A stretch of DNA of 64,000 nt from Clostridia bacterium. GTDB lineage: Bacteria; Bacillota; Clostridia; Christensenellales; DTU072. The stretch is taken from positions 2,092-66,091 of the forward strand of contig JBAXZI010000001.1 in NCBI GenBank assembly GCA_041670385.1, written 5' to 3'. Positions 63,901 to 64,000 of this stretch are shown in pieces. Every line of letters begins with the position of its first letter. Position 1 is the first letter of the stretch. The notes below the pieces were generated by a model. It had not been told where the DNA came from, did no database searches, and saw only the letters and a list, made by a program, of their open reading frames with translations. The translations under genes were made by a program, and so were the position numbers.

Positions 63901-64000
63901 CATTAATTATGTACTTTTCATTTCCTTTTAATCTACCATTTAATTCTAGTATAACATTGTCAACGACATTACTTTCTCTTTGTAAATTAAGTTCTTCTAG
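48947..64000 (-). CDS. giant mosaic protein, more than 5,017 aa visible (N-terminus off-window)
   Basis: Continuous minus-strand ORF from the window edge to TAA 48947-48949. I hand-translated 63863-64000 and found no stop, so the TTG at 63862 in the track is not the real start. It has a C-terminal parallel beta-helix (PbH1-like) repeat region, MBG-like YDG/YNG modules, many 'LP..V...W' Ig-like modules and a central helical block. Confidence 0.9.
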   Translation of the reverse strand, partial: LEELNLQRESNVVDNVILELNGRLKGNEKYIINADISYKIDEAIDVLQGENIKEVEYTTINLGKNLYKGTIVIPKLSEEPFDINISTLFDTNNNENNEIMINMSDALDNNLLSAYYRDQIAYLDISGMEDNYIKSGGSGQGAIDISAFNLPKVYFEGISITNLINTIYNSGTRMIMEILNNVGDLPSSDNENLYDIVMNNFGYEGDVVYYDITEDLITKLRQNDEGVADILARTLNINVKLIDSMLGEDFFENSTLRICYNTETNEIGLKYYHNEELEADMEVLRMPFKDIKFPDEIRQDSYIYKEFKMPLDAKTEFIADIAVGSGKVTTDFSAFFGTFIGDESGKNTPYLLGRNDRIHIEGEISESFLSVSNGDMNSEYKLRMEFSSIISNVQSPILNIYTNPVNNAKMIVEYMMPLGKNKTTIAGGYKYQIDRSIVSIALNKIVGQSNDFNNEQGLVDMLKKIIKEDSNNVQVINTDGFYNFVLQSTPKNGVYTDPLYDLIGISGLSATTKVRFLFSAVLLNDISVGNYNIPELDDEFKDAVQIESLYESNSNWKDSITVNIGTNEIELTPNYIASSILVADDKKQYNPQCSIFGVNSDYLLSITSEIGSYELKNLINDTIIVDPAFSRKVPTEIEVLFMNGKTGYLPCVIEGLTDDTISYAGLNREVFANEKVITYTLRIGNNSILEKEFQVYFAVQNRTLITYKADDDGDGTIDEIYDTVGTPCVGMIVIDPYTYAMKKANINNYNPITEAISEQEMKIYFDNLYALDENNTPLTYNVEGYNYFILSKLNLNWQFDESKISFGGAQQYAYAYYGDIKYDISGKFIGDGIKIAIKVIVKAKNIDHINIGTEENGRYVIDSLIKSSYVIPTQCTTDIVVKVTFTDGTSRKIKQTKPIEISDNTFYNEYIATTLNWNLIDNYMNNVNLEEGSRALFGKSQGNNTWAIINFGTLGGNRVNLTVEVPERKILLNSEDNNSTAVAVGNVTDNGDGTVTYSTPQSYVLSPVKFSINGDKYEAFDVNPYETQSYLPSSIFLEVKHYNSSATKIFIEYPIVWQTTNNNDIETNIIKINENGKYNLAHPNTEETYFYVFGKIGDGNFYETIRVRIHNLDSQLQSITYEGMNAGSTEITIDPYKAYSLPGSFVAVLESGELVSRENISWEVSKGNEESYLPINVSTSLPYDTTMYDKNGNYIFDRNGGTYVIRYILQATNSVLKQALIINVNVPARTIVEDKINVFETGNLVNGYFEINCLDSDSLTLYNRLKVFLDDTTKGYTIGVGFDEARTNMIIDRYNLYVEWNKSIEGTDGYEHSLVRLINLLKNPEPGITLILEGIICKGTINEQNLSIEFNFSSLDLSYITIPLAYTCENSNAIELPQKGSDGRISIAQILSDNAFYINIDRAFALTTPKVDSVSGNIMESYADPMSYLQYIFNNGIAITYTSGVHNEYIPQIDNGIYLTFENINKNIFGINDNLGVENTSLTILNMLKLSNVGSAVFNIPIIITAEVDERISINRNLTAEIFDEDGESCGINGYILPKYVEISYKKSGKIRYYIDSEGWFIGDNYKPMFNNLDKTTNINVDLINVLSNNPVNYAFYMKLPLQPLKGGIEDDKYYYLNVNIPRKNIQEINYNAEANEFVYNINEGFITVDNAYMFYSATAQYTDGNNNIYKTGFDYTKLPTNILAEIKTGKFEATDINSFVVSWEPIENAIRKEDFNSGISRDANRLLATAKINSYYDEYKIHVYQEVKVYVEMEALSFIGIDYSVDGNKLPTIKNGNDIENIIVIDPYNDEMGYEGDFVLPKVNMAINFANNERYVIASESDIESYALLNQDKTTVLLGNITHIPYSYAGHSLIETYTDLSSDGVNIRLTLYSGQVFDLFVRILNRAIDKVQLNNVVLNSGNLVDHLLTSLYYVDPYNSRTQLLPTNVEINFHNEDDIVNLPVVRWDIYNSNNELIDINEHSYFYTKDSTLNEGCKYAYFKNTKESCVGGIYKLVGYISMGKNDLGVDVGIQPFDVNLVVLNRSLQIDYVTSYKYSDPVAGLLSDIGCSLDSNMFVDSSKYYAQALKNLGYSSSDFYSNINSDEIVQTISWDRYNSDSIISYEGFSDKEITGYIYYQNTNIGYLYSMFKKEVDLSYSDLIKSMTYDKFFMKSGDNYIPKSNYSTNTKNSLTSIQAKVSKLVNAQSFDSLLSKYYVVNRVNANYFENTLLRTVINEHPEFDNEQNVNNTEFKSYLYNQMKTDYANDELSQGDKEIYENWLIERNKFIGNYDGFSENVDIDNISAYQIIKKEMYDYCSDNNVFTLEEINVNNSYYVEIQNNLSNFINSAIWYKVFDRVNVNEASRMTELLGTKEGAVARSSALKIFINENLACLGSYGEETKATISAPKVTFDMLVSSDEFREELDTFYFNIYNSDSLIDNVDAKFIENKEEMYDSLINEGLAKIKQDFEISEISNTLQTYYNFVFSQIMNSFVPTDSSGDRIPFTYEASQWIYDYDTDGNISEVNKRDAVITAYRNYLREQAIIHFTADETFEYMVEWPQIRGAYVIQGKTELVNKMDSILLSNSNDYTLATEEFKIYLQDIASSYFDEKIAIADKQIDALLIKIFMEDTGLYPKEQSQVFQDVYGGLVGINGVAGTLYGLTLETLQNVYPDQVATLVDKKNSSTAANKYLDAIYYFMYDSGASVKIRTVVTDIFNMKVGLDSAYYEVLDRIDEFNGVETVQMVNDYYNNIDIEKADYASSLTDEEFETLKKAKVFYNMYLCHKSDISNAKELLVEIYDNALLEIKSDGYANYISNMDTSDVERVNEVRDNYNEKAMAFDLIFEEKTFEANAAQVQLQSEINNYLNNNLYRYSEEIYNSVLNDGFVFDDNGNITNYLSLSEEENEQIGMQAVEFYYNNVASDAEKAKIVGASASYGECIVAGNFVGLRGVYDHLIQRCDLGEDFINNLSSIYYDKKLSKAQNDIAIALEEDLKNPDNSGDHSNLHSIDTYMTIYNRYYDKFKLMIKNWSTVVPDYLVTMADSYAYEEYKEDRYNELTNSYSQKVYNLEHGDLLTDSHIYQYNQLKQTEDDTFEEILDDSYQNLMETSKKRNYNAYIYIKDQLLSKEMTIINDAEDLIRIREGYVTVFDNLNLNLSFENLDKYGFIAEDSVALSNYWANEIANNPDYQILINDSYISQLSVAFTDVSKMMEIMEYLIKNKNNYLQASEKVDGLIAIYYGYSIKYSNLYNSSNETKKGFLDALYLEAQLGIPQKNMAQLDYYETEMCKLRTYVLYNNLIYDAQNMATEKLDKNLLELDDMLLGKVETFTDKTKQAYDSMFIELLEETNLHIASKYLELEIQKNYSEISFTIQNTESMTELQLAYYNVNKQKYVDFLQKIYDELLLTSKKEFVKSYEGNIATADMLATIKTIYNTQINQEFTDNYLSGIVDTSDSSYQLVFDRMLANSNIYYTFYASDHVSENEANNSLKKKHYLIFDVQSLQEEGSAVTQTINKVELTNYSKRNQANTVFVKDGYRYIYPQIELRYLDFYDITTIDDVASITSGGTPTVNSKFINKITIDPLNPDLPSHVKAYGAYEDKNGISRLVDAGYVNISYDEIFNILTDEFGGNALNGDTGSYAVTAINDKGECFNIGLTVYYLDRTLQKYWVAWGNYAENNNLVGNQDESGLYINYYDLHNSLLGTNKICINPTQESMVDVSSKKYNLPDSFVGNYESYASDEFRKGYSSCMYYYDVVWDLGDIEYSLKGNDATAIRILSYCVANENNTYNRVSFNYESNVTTIAIFSKVDNSKISENTFVGTPTNEIWNIDFEVKDKAVEKLYVISDNGEKKLLGEFLGDNISGVDNSQRWLVALDQFSVNPYYVELFDNLSIEVNGGEEINIPEGVEWTYNSINGEDHLAAIVAGTVIEDNNRYIVVGFNYICETIWLKIMVDDVKLERPQVSDGMGGVTNGFVDGGTIYLISNDVANITKEEQLEKFYSFIYYNFAVTAETTDWRKVPLTFKNETIRDIVLTKGNIYNNVYACIGSDLEYNIEFTIEVISPNLYAKLDDMENKFVKYDKISMPIDSNGRVISSSADMPQIFDNKFVHIANNGDEVDFQIISKKYDVVAQTVVYTCRYFIDDSSSYLAGDEEGSKAMLFEVELPLVYYNYSSIDKVKINENLTAGVSKYTWKYVNMLDEEDALIWQLGEPMSSCLLPRGKLDDGRTFEFLWDLKDVNINKATGSYSYYTIKGYYYSSTAQWLYKEIRVYINKLDISNLVVEEGENRNLEKVYDGNNFNLELEYDKVVVLRENGELEVLPESNYVIEYKLASASVDTYTTTFRPHNKGEYTMRITISDYNCEGQFIMNLKVNAFKILGEEKQGGMGSGTLISDIVFEGANVNNIITYTYNGEYRAISVASGLPMVHVEFWPQTAQEKEILYTQYLSPIHNNDDILLAKSRAYNDLYDRVSSATRVYMDNKKAYIKKTLNIINDTELNAEVFDALEYNLYISEVVPNITYKNLNDEILTELPLNAGDYIVVYSIKAADNNGNYEFDIRTTDVSAKIVINQPVVIYNIQDDELTYNGDYQSPYVSGLNDENGNLPQGVTLTYTYKYVKNMVNCTATKIKNVGNYVMTIEIDGGQNYPDGLLENIPIRIVAKNLYINIDEIKAQGEYLSEIKDYDSFLNFDGLQTTDNKNYFYTPKTSSEVKDYFVLGAYPIYIDGFIASGNSDVSYTKRYSDDKIAGVDGKEYYRFILKSAIEDGNLYQYINEEGNYEFASTIELFTNYNVFVIDHNNYTIYAEEDAIIVNNDSELQTAINNVEVNEKVTIYLNAIKNADGTYGKYSKLYINKNASITLIGCYNENKEIISIINGVEITKGEVVMKILKMEGLENSNNIVIGAKAGLIGIVDCYFDGLNIGNKAILASGTYTGELMVTRTIFKNYIKAIELMGGSAEITYCAYNSNKYGISVYTSENTYIRGCEFISNKEVAVEIDGEKDIILMENNFEKNIVGIKGKASYKDNAFIQNTFKNNATDFEEIIYI

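Overview
Strongly AT-rich chromosomal segment. Gene content and synteny fit a low-GC Bacillota (Firmicutes) anaerobe (aroK-aroQ; tadA-pth-mfd-PrsA-like lipoprotein; rimO-cinA-recA-rny; ftsK; an IOR/PaaK aryl-acid operon), but the taxonomic placement is only a guess. The standard code applies, since TGA ends pth and mfd. I support about 40 CDS, 4 tRNAs (fMet-Met-Glu-Val, minus strand), several near-consensus sigma-A promoters and several rho-independent terminators. I saw no rRNA, CRISPR array, transposase, integrase or phage genes. Two giant putative surface-protein genes bracket the window and take 36% of its bases (8,184 + 15,054 nt from the coordinates). The first is a 2,727-aa BspA-type LRR lipoprotein (799-8982, +). 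The second is a minus-strand ORF of more than 5,017 codons (48947 to beyond 64000). Its visible part is a beta-module array, then a roughly 1,300-aa apparently all-alpha block with no motif I recognise, then more beta modules, MBG-like modules and a C-terminal parallel beta-helix. It has no visible anchor and is followed by a signal-peptide-less DUF6273-type gene. This giant gene and its partner are the best candidates for something undescribed. Secondary points include a TrxR-like flavoprotein lacking both NADPH motifs, an insulated orphan ProB-like kinase, an SD-hairpin-AUG arrangement inside the IOR operon, and an initiator tRNA with a bulged T-stem. All domain calls are by eye from motif strings. 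No searches, folding or statistics were run.
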